The notes under the pieces were generated by a model. That model worked only from the letters and a program-made list of their open reading frames with translations, made no database searches and was not told where the DNA came from. A stretch of 64,000 nt of DNA from an uncultured Chitinophagaceae bacterium (lineage in GTDB: Bacteria; Bacteroidota; Ignavibacteria; UBA10030; UBA8401): positions 11,029 to 75,028 of the forward strand of contig CAYTOA010000012.1 in NCBI GenBank assembly GCA_964439265.1, given 5' to 3'. Positions 54,496-64,000 of the stretch are shown here, piece by piece. Each line of letters opens with the position of its first letter. Position 1 is the first letter of the stretch. Position numbers and translations under genes: made by a program.

Positions 54496-54882
54496 TCACA
54501 GTGTCCCTTCACTGCATGTCGTATCAAATCCTCCTCTGGTATTATAGATCGTCGTAACTTTCAGCCGGTTCGTTGCGAGCGTTTTCCTGAGGTCGGCATA
54601 AATTCTCTTCGTGACGCCTTCCTGAAATATGCCGACCATCCGAAATGAAATGAAATAATACTTCAACGATCTGAGCTCGATGCACTTTCCCCCCGCAGGA
54701 TAATATTCGATAACAACCCTGGCAATATCGGGAAGACCGCTGAAAGGGCAGACGGCGGAGAATTCATCTGTTTCCGTTCGAATATATTGATCCGGGCTGT
54801 CGAAGGGAAAGGTTTCCATGAAGTCCGGACGTATGTGTGATTCATCAAGAAATTCGAACGACCTTCCTTCAGCGGTGAACAA
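54496..54882 (-). CDS. queF: NADPH-dependent 7-cyano-7-deazaguanine (preQ0) reductase
   Basis: [42 protein letters not shown] (catalytic Cys and QueF motif). Type-I size. Confidence 0.9.
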   Translation of the reverse strand: MFTAEGRSFEFLDESHIRPDFMETFPFDSPDQYIRTETDEFSAVCPFSGLPDIARVVIEYYPAGGKCIELRSLKYYFISFRMVGIFQEGVTKRIYADLRKTLATNRLKVTTIYNTRGGFDTTCSEGTL

Positions 54883-54958
54883 TGTGTTCCTCTATCGAGA
54901 GATGGTTGTGGTATATTGTAATAAGATCAGTAGTGTCCAAGGATGAGATTGTTGCGAG

Positions 54959-55036
54959 AGGTGACGGACACCTTACCGTTTTGCCCGGCCCAATCTTTTG
55001 ACACATTGGATTATTAAGGCAAGGTGTCCGTCACCT
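54959..55036. promoter_or_regulatory. Perfect 16-bp inverted repeat in the queF/queC divergent region
   Basis: AGGTGACGGACACCTT (54959-54974) and AAGGTGTCCGTCACCT (55021-55036) are exact reverse complements separated by 46 nt. Confidence 0.5.
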
Positions 55037-55144
55037 TGCCAAACTTGATCACGACTTGAAGATCGTCCCGGTTTGAAATCACTTTTTTTTTCAGTACACT
55101 AACAATATCAAAATTTTCACGAAAGCGCAAGTTACCGAGGGAAA

Positions 55145-55849
55145 ATGCCTGAGAAATTGAAAAAGGCTGTCGTTTTGCTGAGCGGAGGCCTCGATTCCAC
55201 GACAACATTGGCCGTTGCGCAAAAAGAAGGGTACGGCATTCTTGCACTTTCGTTCGATTATGGGCAGCGTCATGATTTCGAAATCACAGCTGCAAGAAAG
55301 ATCGCCGCAGCATCTGGAGTAATAAAGCACGTCGTTGCAAAAATTGACCTTCGGGAATTTGGCGGCTCAGCCCTTACGAGCGACCTTGAGGTCCCAAAGA
55401 ACCGGAATCTGGATGAAATGTCTCACCGAATACCGATCACGTATGTCCCCGCTCGCAACACGATCTTTCTTTCTTTCGCGCTGGCGTGGGCTGAAGTGGA
55501 ATCCGCAAACGATGTATTCATAGGTGTGAATGCTCTTGACTACAGCGGTTATCCCGACTGTCGGCCGGAGTACATTGCGGCATTTCAGGCAATGGCCAAT
55601 CTTGCAACCAAGGCCGGAGTCGAGAATCATCAACAACTGAAAGTCCATACGCCTCTGATAATGCTCTCCAAGGCCCAGATCATTAAAACGGGAATCGAAC
55701 TGGGCGTCGACTATTCCCGTACAAGCTCGTGCTACGATCCTTCTCCGGCAGGAGAAGCGTGCGGAGAGTGCGATGCATGCCAGCTGAGATTGAAAGGATT
55801 TTCCGAAAATCACTTGAGGGATCCGATCTCTTACAAAAGGAGATCGTAG
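55145..55849 (+). CDS. queC: 7-cyano-7-deazaguanine synthase
   Basis: [14 protein letters not shown] (PP-loop), [11 protein letters not shown], and the C-terminal Zn cluster [20 protein letters not shown]. Confidence 0.95.
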   Translation: MPEKLKKAVVLLSGGLDSTTTLAVAQKEGYGILALSFDYGQRHDFEITAARKIAAASGVIKHVVAKIDLREFGGSALTSDLEVPKNRNLDEMSHRIPITYVPARNTIFLSFALAWAEVESANDVFIGVNALDYSGYPDCRPEYIAAFQAMANLATKAGVENHQQLKVHTPLIMLSKAQIIKTGIELGVDYSRTSSCYDPSPAGEACGECDACQLRLKGFSENHLRDPISYKRRS

Positions 55850-55858
55850 GCGAGGACC

Positions 55859-56500
55859 ATGGGATACGCGGTGAAAGAAATATACTATACGCTTCAGGGC
55901 GAGGGTGCACACACGGGAAGAGCCGCGGTCTTTTGCCGGTTTGCCGGGTGCAATCTCTGGAGTGGGAGGGAAGAGGATCGATCGTCCGCTGTCTGCAAGT
56001 TTTGCGACACAGATTTTTTTGGCGTGGACGGACCGGGAGGAGGACAGTTTAGTTCTGCTCAGGACCTCGCAAAAGCCGTAAAGGATAAATGGCCTGAACA
56101 CGGTTCCTCTCACGCTCAACCGTTCCTTGTTTGCACCGGTGGCGAGCCTCTCCTGCAGCTTGATGACGATCTGGTGAATGCTTTTCATGACCAGGGATTT
56201 GAAGTTGCAATCGAAACAAATGGGACGAAAATTTCTCCGCCTGCCGTGGATTGGGTATGTGTAAGCCCAAAATCGGGGGCAGAATTGGTCCTGAAATCGG
56301 GCGACGAACTCAAATTGGTTTTCCCACAGCCGGGCGCTGAACCGGAGCTTTTCAATACTCTTCGGTTTGATCATTTTTTTCTCCAGCCGATGGATGGACC
56401 CTTCCGGACCGAAAACACCAAGCTGGTTCAGGATTATTGTTTAAAGCATCCTCAATGGAGAATAAGTTTACAGACACATAAAATATTGGGTATCCCGTAG
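55859..56500 (+). CDS. queE: 7-carboxy-7-deazaguanine synthase (radical SAM)
   Basis: [30 protein letters not shown]..., CTGGEPLLQ, ...ETNGT..., FLQPMDG. Confidence 0.9.
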   Translation: MGYAVKEIYYTLQGEGAHTGRAAVFCRFAGCNLWSGREEDRSSAVCKFCDTDFFGVDGPGGGQFSSAQDLAKAVKDKWPEHGSSHAQPFLVCTGGEPLLQLDDDLVNAFHDQGFEVAIETNGTKISPPAVDWVCVSPKSGAELVLKSGDELKLVFPQPGAEPELFNTLRFDHFFLQPMDGPFRTENTKLVQDYCLKHPQWRISLQTHKILGIP

Positions 56501-56511
56501 GGAGTATTCGC

Positions 56512-56877
56512 ATGACAATATTCAAAGAAATTAGTTTTGAGGCCGCACATCTTCTGCCGCACGTTCCCGAGGGACATAAGTGCCGCCGGCTGCATGGCCA
56601 CTCGTACATTGTCCAGATTTATGTAACGGGACCCATCGACACCAAGGTCGGATGGGTTATGGATTTTGGCGATCTGAAAGAAGCAGCTGAGCCCATTATC
56701 AGTCAGCTCGATCACCACTACCTCAATGACATACCGGGTCTGGAAAATCCGACATGCGAAATTCTCGCGCGCTGGATATGGAACCGGCTTCGCCCGCTCA
56801 TACCCAAACTTGCTAAAGTCATCGTAAAGGAGACTCCCACCTCAGGGTGTATCTACCTGGGAGAAGATGATTTATGA
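56512..56877 (+). CDS. queD: 6-carboxy-5,6,7,8-tetrahydropterin synthase
   Basis: [24 protein letters not shown]..., DHHYLND, ...[11 protein letters not shown]..., VKETPTSGC. Confidence 0.9.
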   Translation: MTIFKEISFEAAHLLPHVPEGHKCRRLHGHSYIVQIYVTGPIDTKVGWVMDFGDLKEAAEPIISQLDHHYLNDIPGLENPTCEILARWIWNRLRPLIPKLAKVIVKETPTSGCIYLGEDDL

Positions 56878-57334
56878 AATTGATTTCTCTCTGGACGAGG
56901 ATGGAATTCTGATTTTCGTCATACTCCCCTTATTCTCCTCTACCTGATCGACCGCTTCCTGAAAAACAAAGCTAATGCACTTCTTTCTCTCGATCAGCAA
57001 ATAGGTCGGTCCGGGTTCAACAATTCACTCCAATCCTCAAAGCTCTCTTAGCAAGCTACTCTATAGAGTGACGCGGTGAGAGCGCGCTTCCCACGCCATT
57101 GTCAAAAATAAGAGCACCTACAAGTGATTTCTTTAATTTGACAATCCTGGAAAGAAGAGGAGACGATTTTGGCGATTCTTATTAAAGAACTTTCGGCGCA
57201 ATTCTTGTATGTTTGCATTCCAATGAACGTTGCTATTTCAAATAGGCGTTTTCCGATTCGGCTCGCGAGTCTACACTATAGAATGAATAGAGAGTCTTAC
57301 ACGCAATTCAAGAAAGATCCAGCCCAGGTTTTTT

Positions 57335-58222
57335 ATGCATAATTCAATCGTCCTCGTCAAGCAGGTACCGGATACTTCCAACATTTCCGGACAAGTGATG
57401 AAAGAGGATGGCACGGTGAATCGCGCCAAGCTTCCGGCAATCTTTAATTTTGAGGACAAAGTTGCGCTTGAGTTTGCTCTTCAGATCAAGGATGAATGCG
57501 GCGGCAAAGTTACCGTCTTAACGATGGGCCCTCCCCGGGCATCGGACGTCTTGCGGGAATGCCTCTACATGGGAGCAGACGAAGCATATCTCATTACGGA
57601 TAGAAAGTTTGCGGGGGCGGATACGCTTGCGACTTCGTACGTGTTGAGCGAGGCGATAAAGAAAATTGGTAATTTCGATTTCGTGTTTGCCGGCCGACAG
57701 GCGATCGACGGCGACACCGCACAGGTCGGCCCTCAAACCGCCGAGAAGCTGAACATTCCTCAGGTGACCTACGCCGAGCGTATTCTCGCCATCAAAGACC
57801 GCTCTGTGCGGGTGCGAAGAAAAATTGACGGGGGTTACGAGATTCTCGATTGCACCTTGCCGGTATTGATGACGGTCCTTAAGGATGCCGGAGAGCCGCG
57901 GCCATTCAGCGCAAAAAGAGTGATGGCGTTTAAAGGAGCAAAGTCGCTCTTGGAATTGGAGAAAATGGCGGAAGGAAATTCATTGCTGTATATCGACAAG
58001 CTCGTCTTTGAATACACGAGCCGCTCGCTGTTCATTCCTACCTTGACCGCCGACGATCTGAATATCGATGCATCGCGGTGCGGCGTTAAAGGTTCTCCGA
58101 CGAAAGTCTATTCAGTGGAATCGGTCGTTCTCACCGGCAATGACCCAGTCCAGATTGAAAACTCGAAAGCAGGTATGAATTCATTGATCGACAAACTCAT
58201 GGAAGATCGGATTCTCGGGTGA
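57335..58222 (+). CDS. etfB: Electron transfer flavoprotein, beta subunit
   Basis: IVLVKQVPDTS, ...NFEDKVALEFAL..., VTVLTMGP, FDFVFAGRQAIDGDTAQVGPQTAEKLNIPQVTY. Confidence 0.9.
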   Translation: MHNSIVLVKQVPDTSNISGQVMKEDGTVNRAKLPAIFNFEDKVALEFALQIKDECGGKVTVLTMGPPRASDVLRECLYMGADEAYLITDRKFAGADTLATSYVLSEAIKKIGNFDFVFAGRQAIDGDTAQVGPQTAEKLNIPQVTYAERILAIKDRSVRVRRKIDGGYEILDCTLPVLMTVLKDAGEPRPFSAKRVMAFKGAKSLLELEKMAEGNSLLYIDKLVFEYTSRSLFIPTLTADDLNIDASRCGVKGSPTKVYSVESVVLTGNDPVQIENSKAGMNSLIDKLMEDRILG

Positions 58223-58226
58223 CGGC

Positions 58227-59246
58227 ATGAACCAGCTCGAAAATAATGTGTGGGTTTTTGTAGAGCAGCGCGGCGGAAAACCCTCCGATGTAAGTCTCGA
58301 ACTCTTGAGCAAAGGGAGGAAGTTGGCAGATGCCATGAAAGGAATGCTGATTTCTCTTGTCATCGGTAGCGGGGTTAAGGATGTCGCCATTGAAAGCTTC
58401 CGTTACGGCGCCGACCAGTCATTTCTGGTTGACGATCCCCAGCTCGGCAACTACACTACGCTCACATATGGCCGCATACTTAATGCGTTGGTCGATCAAT
58501 ACAAACCGAGAGTCGTGCTCTTCGGAGCAACCGTGACAGGCAGAGATCTTGCGCCAAGAGTGGCTTCGCATACTAGAAGCGGGCTTACCGCCGATTGCAC
58601 CGACCTCCAGGTTTCAACGGTGAATTACCTGGGGAAGGAATTTAAAGACCTGCTGCTTCAAATCCGTCCGGCGTTCGGCGGCAACATCATCGCCACCATT
58701 ATTACTCCCGACACGCGAACCCAGATGGCCACCGTTCGCGAAGGGGTGATGGAAATGCATACGTTGCCGATCCCTCACGAAACAAGAATTATTGAAATTC
58801 CATTTATGCCCGACGATGTCGACGGCCTCGTCACGCTTGTTGAGCAGCATAGAGAGGAACGCAAAGTCAATTTGAAGGGCGCAGCCATTATTGTCGCGGG
58901 CGGATACGGGATGAGAACGAAGGAAAGTTTTAAGCTCATCTATGACCTTGCGCATTCGATCGGCGGGGAAGTAGCGGGGAGCCGCGCTGCAGTCGATGCC
59001 GGCTTCATTCCTCACGAACGGCAGGTCGGTCAGACGGGTGTTACGGTTCGCCCCAAGCTCTACTTTGCTATCGGAATCTCCGGCGCAATCCAGCATCGCG
59101 CAGGGATGCAGGAGGCAAAGAAAATTATCGCCATTAATACCGATCCTGACGCCCCGATTTTCGAAGTAGCACATTACTCGATCGTGGGTGATGCGAGAGA
59201 GGTGATACCCAGATTCATCGAAGCATACAAAAGTAAACTGAAGTGA
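58227..59246 (+). CDS. etfA: Electron transfer flavoprotein, alpha subunit
   Basis: [11 protein letters not shown]..., [49 protein letters not shown]. Confidence 0.9.
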   Translation: MNQLENNVWVFVEQRGGKPSDVSLELLSKGRKLADAMKGMLISLVIGSGVKDVAIESFRYGADQSFLVDDPQLGNYTTLTYGRILNALVDQYKPRVVLFGATVTGRDLAPRVASHTRSGLTADCTDLQVSTVNYLGKEFKDLLLQIRPAFGGNIIATIITPDTRTQMATVREGVMEMHTLPIPHETRIIEIPFMPDDVDGLVTLVEQHREERKVNLKGAAIIVAGGYGMRTKESFKLIYDLAHSIGGEVAGSRAAVDAGFIPHERQVGQTGVTVRPKLYFAIGISGAIQHRAGMQEAKKIIAINTDPDAPIFEVAHYSIVGDAREVIPRFIEAYKSKLK

Positions 59247-59249
59247 CCG

Positions 59250-60968
59250 ATGCCTAATTTCTTTCTTGACAACCCCGACGTTCAGTTTCATTTCAACGCG
59301 CTTGATCTGAAAGAGATCGTGAAGCTTGCTGAAGAAGATTACACGCAGTCAAGCCGGTTCAATTATGCGCCCGTCGATTACGACGATGCAATGGAAAATT
59401 ACCGGAAAGTACTGGAAGTGATCGGCGACCTTGGCGGCAATCACATTGCTCCGCGCGCGTCAGGCGTCGACCGGGATGGAGCCACGCTGACCGACGGCCG
59501 TGTTGCGTATGCGGAAGGAACGGCGAAAAATGTCGAGGAGCTTTCTCAGGCAGACCTTATGGGAATGATCCTTCCCCGCGAATACGGCGGGCTGAATTTT
59601 CCGTTCACAATCTACATGATGACTACGGAAATCCTTGCACGAGCAGACGCGTCTCTCATGAACATCTTCGGACTTCAGGATATAGGAGATACGTTGAAGA
59701 AATTCGGCAGTGAGGCCCAGCTTCGAGAATTTTTGCCGAAAATATGTACAGGAGAATTTACCGGAGCGATGGTATTGACCGAGCCCGATGCAGGCTCCGA
59801 CCTTCAGGCCATCAAACTCCATGCGTATCAGAATGAACAGGGAGATTGGTTCTTGCGCGGAGTCAAACGATTCATCACGAACGGCAACGCCCAGGTACTT
59901 CTTGTCCTCGCCAGGTCGGAAGCCGGGACAAAGGATGCCCGCGGATTGAGTCTATTCGTTTGTTACGGAGGGCCGACAGTCATCATTCGGCGAATCGAGA
60001 ACAAACTCGGAATTCACGGTTCGCCGACGTGTGAACTGCAATTCAACGACACGCCCGCACAACTCGTTGGTACCAGGAGATTTGGGCTGATCAAATACGT
60101 TCTGGACCTGATGTTTCGTGCGCGCATGGGAGTCTCGGCGCAGGCCCTCGGGATCTCACAGGCTGCGTATGAAGAAGCTTACAAGTATGCGCGCGAACGC
60201 CGGCAATTCGGAAAGCCAATTGTCGAAATCCCCGTTGTCTCGAATATGCTCATCGAAATGAAAGTAATGGTGGAGAGTAGCCGATCGTTGTTCTACGCTG
60301 CCGCCAAATGCGTTGATGAGAAGGAAAAATTTGAAGAACTTGTTGAAAAACGAAAAACGGAGGGTAAGCCGGTCAGGGAAGAAATAGATAAATTGAAGCA
60401 CATAACGAAGGTTGCAAACCTGCTTACGCCGATCACAAAATATACCATTGCTGAAGGAGCGAACAAGATTACCTACGACGCTCTCCAGATTCATGGCGGG
60501 ACGGGGTATATGAAAGAGTTTCATGTCGAGCAGCTCGCCCGCGACGCGCGCATCACGAACATCTACGAGGGGACATCTCAAATGCAGATCGTCGCCGCTT
60601 CGGGAGGGGTATTTAACGACGTGCTGTCCGATGTTTTTGAAGAGAATGAAAAGAGAGATTTCAAAGGAGGATTGACAAAACTTTCCAATCATCTGAAAGA
60701 GATCCGTCAATTGTTTCTTGCAAGCCTTAAATATGTTGTGGAGAAAAAGGATGTAATTTTTCAGGAAGTGGCGTCGAAGGATCTTGTAGAGATGTACAGT
60801 TATCTTTACGTCGGTTATCTTCTGCTGCACGAAGCGGAGACGGAGCCCAGGAAGGTATTTATCGCTAACAGGTATATCGTCAATGCACTGGCTAATGCCC
60901 GCAAGAACGCTGAAGGGATCCGGGACGAGCTATTCGGCGATCTGATTCACGCCGGCAAAATTCTCTAA
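59250..60968 (+). CDS. Acyl-CoA dehydrogenase family protein (long form with C-terminal extension)
   Basis: 572 aa. LTEPDAGSD, KRFITNGN, ENKLGIHGSPTCELQFND, QIHGGTGYMKEF, RDARITNIYEGTSQMQ. Confidence 0.9.
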   Translation: MPNFFLDNPDVQFHFNALDLKEIVKLAEEDYTQSSRFNYAPVDYDDAMENYRKVLEVIGDLGGNHIAPRASGVDRDGATLTDGRVAYAEGTAKNVEELSQADLMGMILPREYGGLNFPFTIYMMTTEILARADASLMNIFGLQDIGDTLKKFGSEAQLREFLPKICTGEFTGAMVLTEPDAGSDLQAIKLHAYQNEQGDWFLRGVKRFITNGNAQVLLVLARSEAGTKDARGLSLFVCYGGPTVIIRRIENKLGIHGSPTCELQFNDTPAQLVGTRRFGLIKYVLDLMFRARMGVSAQALGISQAAYEEAYKYARERRQFGKPIVEIPVVSNMLIEMKVMVESSRSLFYAAAKCVDEKEKFEELVEKRKTEGKPVREEIDKLKHITKVANLLTPITKYTIAEGANKITYDALQIHGGTGYMKEFHVEQLARDARITNIYEGTSQMQIVAASGGVFNDVLSDVFEENEKRDFKGGLTKLSNHLKEIRQLFLASLKYVVEKKDVIFQEVASKDLVEMYSYLYVGYLLLHEAETEPRKVFIANRYIVNALANARKNAEGIRDELFGDLIHAGKIL

Positions 60969-60997
60969 TAGATGTTAATTTTCAGAAGGAGGCTGCA

Positions 60998-61213
60998 ATG
61001 ACAAAGAAGAAACAATATTACTACTATAGAATCTACGACGACGAAGAAAAGTTCAATTACTTTCGGAGTATGTACCAAGCGGAGAAGATTCGCAAAATGC
61101 TCAAAAAGTATGAAGTAGCTCATCAGGAGTACCACAACGCCGCGTTCGTCGATTTCCTCAAAAAATACGACTCCAAAGCAGAACTCATCGAAGTTGCTCG
61201 GATCTCCTACTAG
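60998..61213 (+). CDS. Hypothetical 71-aa protein
   Basis: AAGGAGG sits 5 nt (CTGCA) upstream of the ATG. Lys/Tyr-rich helical sequence; no family recognised. Confidence 0.45.
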   Translation: MTKKKQYYYYRIYDDEEKFNYFRSMYQAEKIRKMLKKYEVAHQEYHNAAFVDFLKKYDSKAELIEVARISY

Positions 61214-61515
61214 CGGCTTCCCCTCGCCGGGATAATGCAAAGAGTGCAGATGATATCTCTTCGGCGCTGACGGATTCTGAAACAGAGATTCACATCGTAA
61301 GCGGAGAAGCTGTAATTCTTTATTTCGCGAGTTGATTTTCATTTCATTTGCCGCAGTTATTTCCCTTATGGCGAAGGTAGCCGTCTGAAAGCCGTTACAT
61401 CACAATTCCCTCCAGAATAGGAACCGCTACATTCGAAAATTAATGTGGCGATTGAGCCAATATATTTGCTAATTTACGGAAAATCACCATTTGTGCATAT
61501 ACTTTAGGAGGTATC

Positions 61516-64000
61516 ATGCAGTGGTTTTCCATATCGCACAGAACGAAGCGGAGTATATTCATCGCAAACGTTGTAATGTTTTCTTCTCTCTGCGCCCAAA
61601 GCCCCGGTGCTAACCCTCTGTACTTGGATTATACTCAGCCGGTCGAGAAACGAGTCGATGACCTGATCTCGAAAATGACGCTGCAGGAGAAAGTTTCACA
61701 GATGGTCAACGGCGCAAAAGCGATTCCGCGTCTTCAAATTCCAGAATACGATTGGTGGAATGAATGTCTGCACGGCGTTGCTAGAGCGGGAACTGCGACA
61801 GTATTCCCCCAGGCTATCGGTCTCTCGGCGAGTTGGGACACTGACATGATGCACAGCGTGGCCGATGTGATATCGACTGAGGCTCGTGCGAAGAACAATG
61901 AATTTCTGAGGAAGGGAGAACGGGAGATCTATAAGGGGCTCACATTTTGGAGTCCAAACATCAACATCTTCCGCGACCCAAGGTGGGGACGGGGCCAGGA
62001 GACGTACGGTGAAGATCCGTATCTGACTGCGCGAATGGGCGTATCATTTGTAACTGGACTCCAGGGGGATGACCCGAAATATTTCAAGGTGATCTCCACG
62101 CCGAAACATTACGCGGTTCACAGCGGACCCGAGCCCGACAGACACACGTTTAACGCAATCATCGACAACCACGATTTGTACGACACGTATCTGCCGGCTT
62201 TTGAAGCGTGCATCAGAGAGGGGGGTGCGTATTCAATAATGTGCGCCTACAACCGCTTCATGGGAGACGCCTGTTGCGGCTCTCCTCAACTGCTGCGCAC
62301 AATCCTCCGCGATAAATGGGGGTTCAAGGGGTACATTGTATCGGACTGCGGAGCGATCAACGACATCTTCGAAAATCATAAAGTCGTTGCAACGGCTCCT
62401 GAAGCAGCCGCGATCGCCGTGAAGGCCGGGACCGACCTCGAATGCGGAAGCGTTTACCCCTCGGCGTTGCTCGATGCAGTGAAGCAAGGTTTGATCACCG
62501 AAAATCAAATCGATGTTTCAGTAAAACGTCTTTTCAGTGCCCGCTTCCGCTTGGGTATGTTCGATCCCCCCGAGGCAGTGAAATATCAGCGGATTCCATT
62601 TTCAGAAAATGATTCACCGGAACATCGTGCATTGTCTCTTCGCGCGGCGCATGAATCGATTGTACTGTTGAAGAATTCAAACAGCACGCTGCCGATCAAA
62701 AAGGAAGTGAAACGCATCGCGGTGATCGGCCCGAATGCCGACAACGATCTTATATTGCTGGGAAATTACAACGGAACGCCTTCGAAGTTCGTTACTCCTC
62801 TGCAGGGCATCAAAAACAGGTCTGGGAATGCCGTCGAGGTGACGTACGAAGCCGGATGCGATGTTGTCGATGCAGAAGGTATTGTCAACAACCTCTCCTC
62901 GGATGTCGCGAGCGTCAATGGCGAGCCCGGTCTAAAGGTAGAATTGTTCAAGAACGGGGAGTTGTCGGGTGATCCATTTCTCGCAAGGCGCGACAATCTG
63001 GGGAATCCTAATTTATTCTATGGTTCGCTCACTCCTTCCTTCAACGGTTCTGAAGACATTGCTTCCATTCGATGGAGCGGTGATATAACCGCACCGGAGA
63101 CCGGGGAATTCGATTTCATGGTCAGGAGTGACGGCGGTTTTCGGCTGGTTTTCGCAGGCGATACTGTGTTTGACGATTGGTCAAATCGAGGTCATGCGAC
63201 GAAAGATCATCGTGTTTCACTGAAAAAAGGAACATCATATCCATTCATTTTCGAATTTTCGCGAAGATCACACTGGCCTCGCCTTTCCGTGCAGTGGAAA
63301 TTATTGAACAGCAATCACACGAAGAAGGCAGTCGAACTTGCAAAAAATTCTGATCTCGTCATCTTTGTGGGAGGAATTACGCCTCAGCTTGAGGGGGAAG
63401 AAATGGATGTAACCTACGAAGGTTTCAAGGGAGGAGACCGCACGAATTTGAATCTTCCTGCCGTTCAGGAAAACTTGTTAAAAGAGCTTCAGGCAACGGG
63501 TACTCCAGTTGTTCTGGTCCTCACGAGCGGCAGCGCTTTGGCAGTGAACTGGGAGAAGGAAAATCTTCCAGCCATCGTGCAGCTGTGGTATCCCGGCGAA
63601 GAAGGCGGGACGGCCCTTGCCGACGTTCTCTTTGGCGACTATAACCCGGCTGGAAGATTGCCGGTGACATTCTATAAGTCGGCCGACCAGCTTCCGCCGT
63701 TCAACGATTACAATATGAAAGGGAGAACCTACAGGTACTTCTCGGGAGAGCCGTTGTTTGCATTTGGATATGGACTAAGCTACACGCATTTCCATTATCA
63801 GCATTTAAGTATTCCTCCACAGATCAGGACCGGAGACTCCGCTGTAATTTCCGTCGAAGTTCAGAATACAGGGACGCTTGGTGGAGATGAAGTTGTCGAA
63901 GTATATGTAAAGAATCTTTCCGCGGCAGGCACTGTCCCAATTCATTCACTGCAAAGTTTAAGACGCATTCATCTCGATGCCGGCGAAAAAAGAACTGTTG
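61516..64000 (+). CDS. Secreted GH3 beta-glucosidase/beta-xylosidase with PA14 insertion; 3' end runs off the window
   Basis: Own translation (absent from the track because it is open-ended): MQWFSISHRTKRSIFIANVVMFSSLCAQ..., LTLQEKVSQMV..., YDWWNECLHGV, FPQAIGLSASWD, RWGRGQETYGEDP, GYIVSDCGAI. PA14-like segment GLKVELFKNGELSGDP...WSGDITAPETGEFDF. Then ...VVLVLTSGSAL..., YPGEEGGTALADVLFGDYNPAGRLPVTF. Confidence 0.85.
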   Translation, partial: MQWFSISHRTKRSIFIANVVMFSSLCAQSPGANPLYLDYTQPVEKRVDDLISKMTLQEKVSQMVNGAKAIPRLQIPEYDWWNECLHGVARAGTATVFPQAIGLSASWDTDMMHSVADVISTEARAKNNEFLRKGEREIYKGLTFWSPNINIFRDPRWGRGQETYGEDPYLTARMGVSFVTGLQGDDPKYFKVISTPKHYAVHSGPEPDRHTFNAIIDNHDLYDTYLPAFEACIREGGAYSIMCAYNRFMGDACCGSPQLLRTILRDKWGFKGYIVSDCGAINDIFENHKVVATAPEAAAIAVKAGTDLECGSVYPSALLDAVKQGLITENQIDVSVKRLFSARFRLGMFDPPEAVKYQRIPFSENDSPEHRALSLRAAHESIVLLKNSNSTLPIKKEVKRIAVIGPNADNDLILLGNYNGTPSKFVTPLQGIKNRSGNAVEVTYEAGCDVVDAEGIVNNLSSDVASVNGEPGLKVELFKNGELSGDPFLARRDNLGNPNLFYGSLTPSFNGSEDIASIRWSGDITAPETGEFDFMVRSDGGFRLVFAGDTVFDDWSNRGHATKDHRVSLKKGTSYPFIFEFSRRSHWPRLSVQWKLLNSNHTKKAVELAKNSDLVIFVGGITPQLEGEEMDVTYEGFKGGDRTNLNLPAVQENLLKELQATGTPVVLVLTSGSALAVNWEKENLPAIVQLWYPGEEGGTALADVLFGDYNPAGRLPVTFYKSADQLPPFNDYNMKGRTYRYFSGEPLFAFGYGLSYTHFHYQHLSIPPQIRTGDSAVISVEVQNTGTLGGDEVVEVYVKNLSAAGTVPIHSLQSLRRIHLDAGEKRTV

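Noticed and set aside
54883-55144. Searched for a preQ1 riboswitch upstream of queC and queF
   Set aside because: I could find no sequence resembling the preQ1-I core (CCCUC...AAAAAACUA) or longer class II/III-like architecture by eye. An Rfam scan would be decisive.
55367-56374. 335-aa minus-strand ORF spanning queC and queE
   Set aside because: It is antisense to two unambiguous queuosine genes. It crosses their intergenic gap, which a real gene is unlikely to do, and it is Arg-rich.
57270-57296. 8-mer CACTATAG shared between the lexA operator candidate and the etf upstream region
   Set aside because: A single 8-mer match in 64 kb on two strands is expected by chance. The etf copy lacks the ATAGT/ACTAT palindromic partner.
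58614-60830. Minus-strand ORFs of 225 aa (58614-59291) and 224 aa (60156-60830)
   Set aside because: They are antisense to etfA and the acyl-CoA dehydrogenase and have no motifs.
1-64000. Looked for CRISPR arrays, rRNA genes, transposases/IS elements, integrases, toxin-antitoxin pairs and known defence-system genes
   Set aside because: No regularly spaced direct-repeat arrays were seen. I recognised no DDE, serine or tyrosine recombinase motifs and no defence-type ATPase or nuclease pairs. The only mobile-looking material is the small DUF5131 islet and the REP/MITE-like repeats.

Overview
This window looks like a gene-dense bacterial chromosome segment. It could be from an FCB-group (Ignavibacteria/Chlorobi-like) organism, but that is a guess from gene content and was not tested. 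All calls come from reading the six-frame track, my own translations of regions missing from the track, and remembered family motifs; no database search was run.

Most of the window is housekeeping:
- A futalosine-pathway menaquinone operon at the left edge. It includes an in-frame radical-SAM MqnE/C-MqnA fusion that is absent from the ORF track.
- NAD-type isocitrate dehydrogenase, dusB, acs, ogt, a UvrD/PcrA helicase, bshA, ackA and hbd.
- A long Rrf2-iscS-sufA-sufBCDSU-sufT Fe-S cluster block, followed by SOD.
- folP-cdaA, pcm-miaA, tRNA-Ala, tRNA-Pro and tRNA-Lys.
- A PiT/DUF47 phosphate pair, two GH13 genes, a GH3 gene, queF/queCED and etfBA plus an acyl-CoA dehydrogenase.

The most interesting region is 35.5-44.5 kb:
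- lexA has a sigma70-like promoter overlapped by nested ATAGT/ACTAT palindromes.
- An AT-rich islet carries a phage Gp37/Gp68 (DUF5131) three-Cys gene.
- An SRAP (YedK-like) gene sits divergently, 39 bp from a tightly coupled three-gene unit. That unit is a RecA-fold protein with a degenerate Walker A, a 93-aa ORF, and a family-B DNA polymerase. The polymerase lacks recognisable Exo I/II/III motifs and has an altered motif C.
- I read this unit as a candidate non-canonical translesion module, analogous to ImuA-ImuB-DnaE2. I do not know of a characterised bacterial system with this layout.

Other observations:
- A family of REP/MITE-like intergenic palindromes built on CTCACGCAAAG, and related heptamer arrays (CTCTGTG, CTTCGTG).
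- A promoter-to-terminator unit that could be an ~85-nt sRNA or leader.
- A perfect 16-bp inverted repeat between queF and queC.

I recognised no CRISPR array, rRNA, transposase or integrase.
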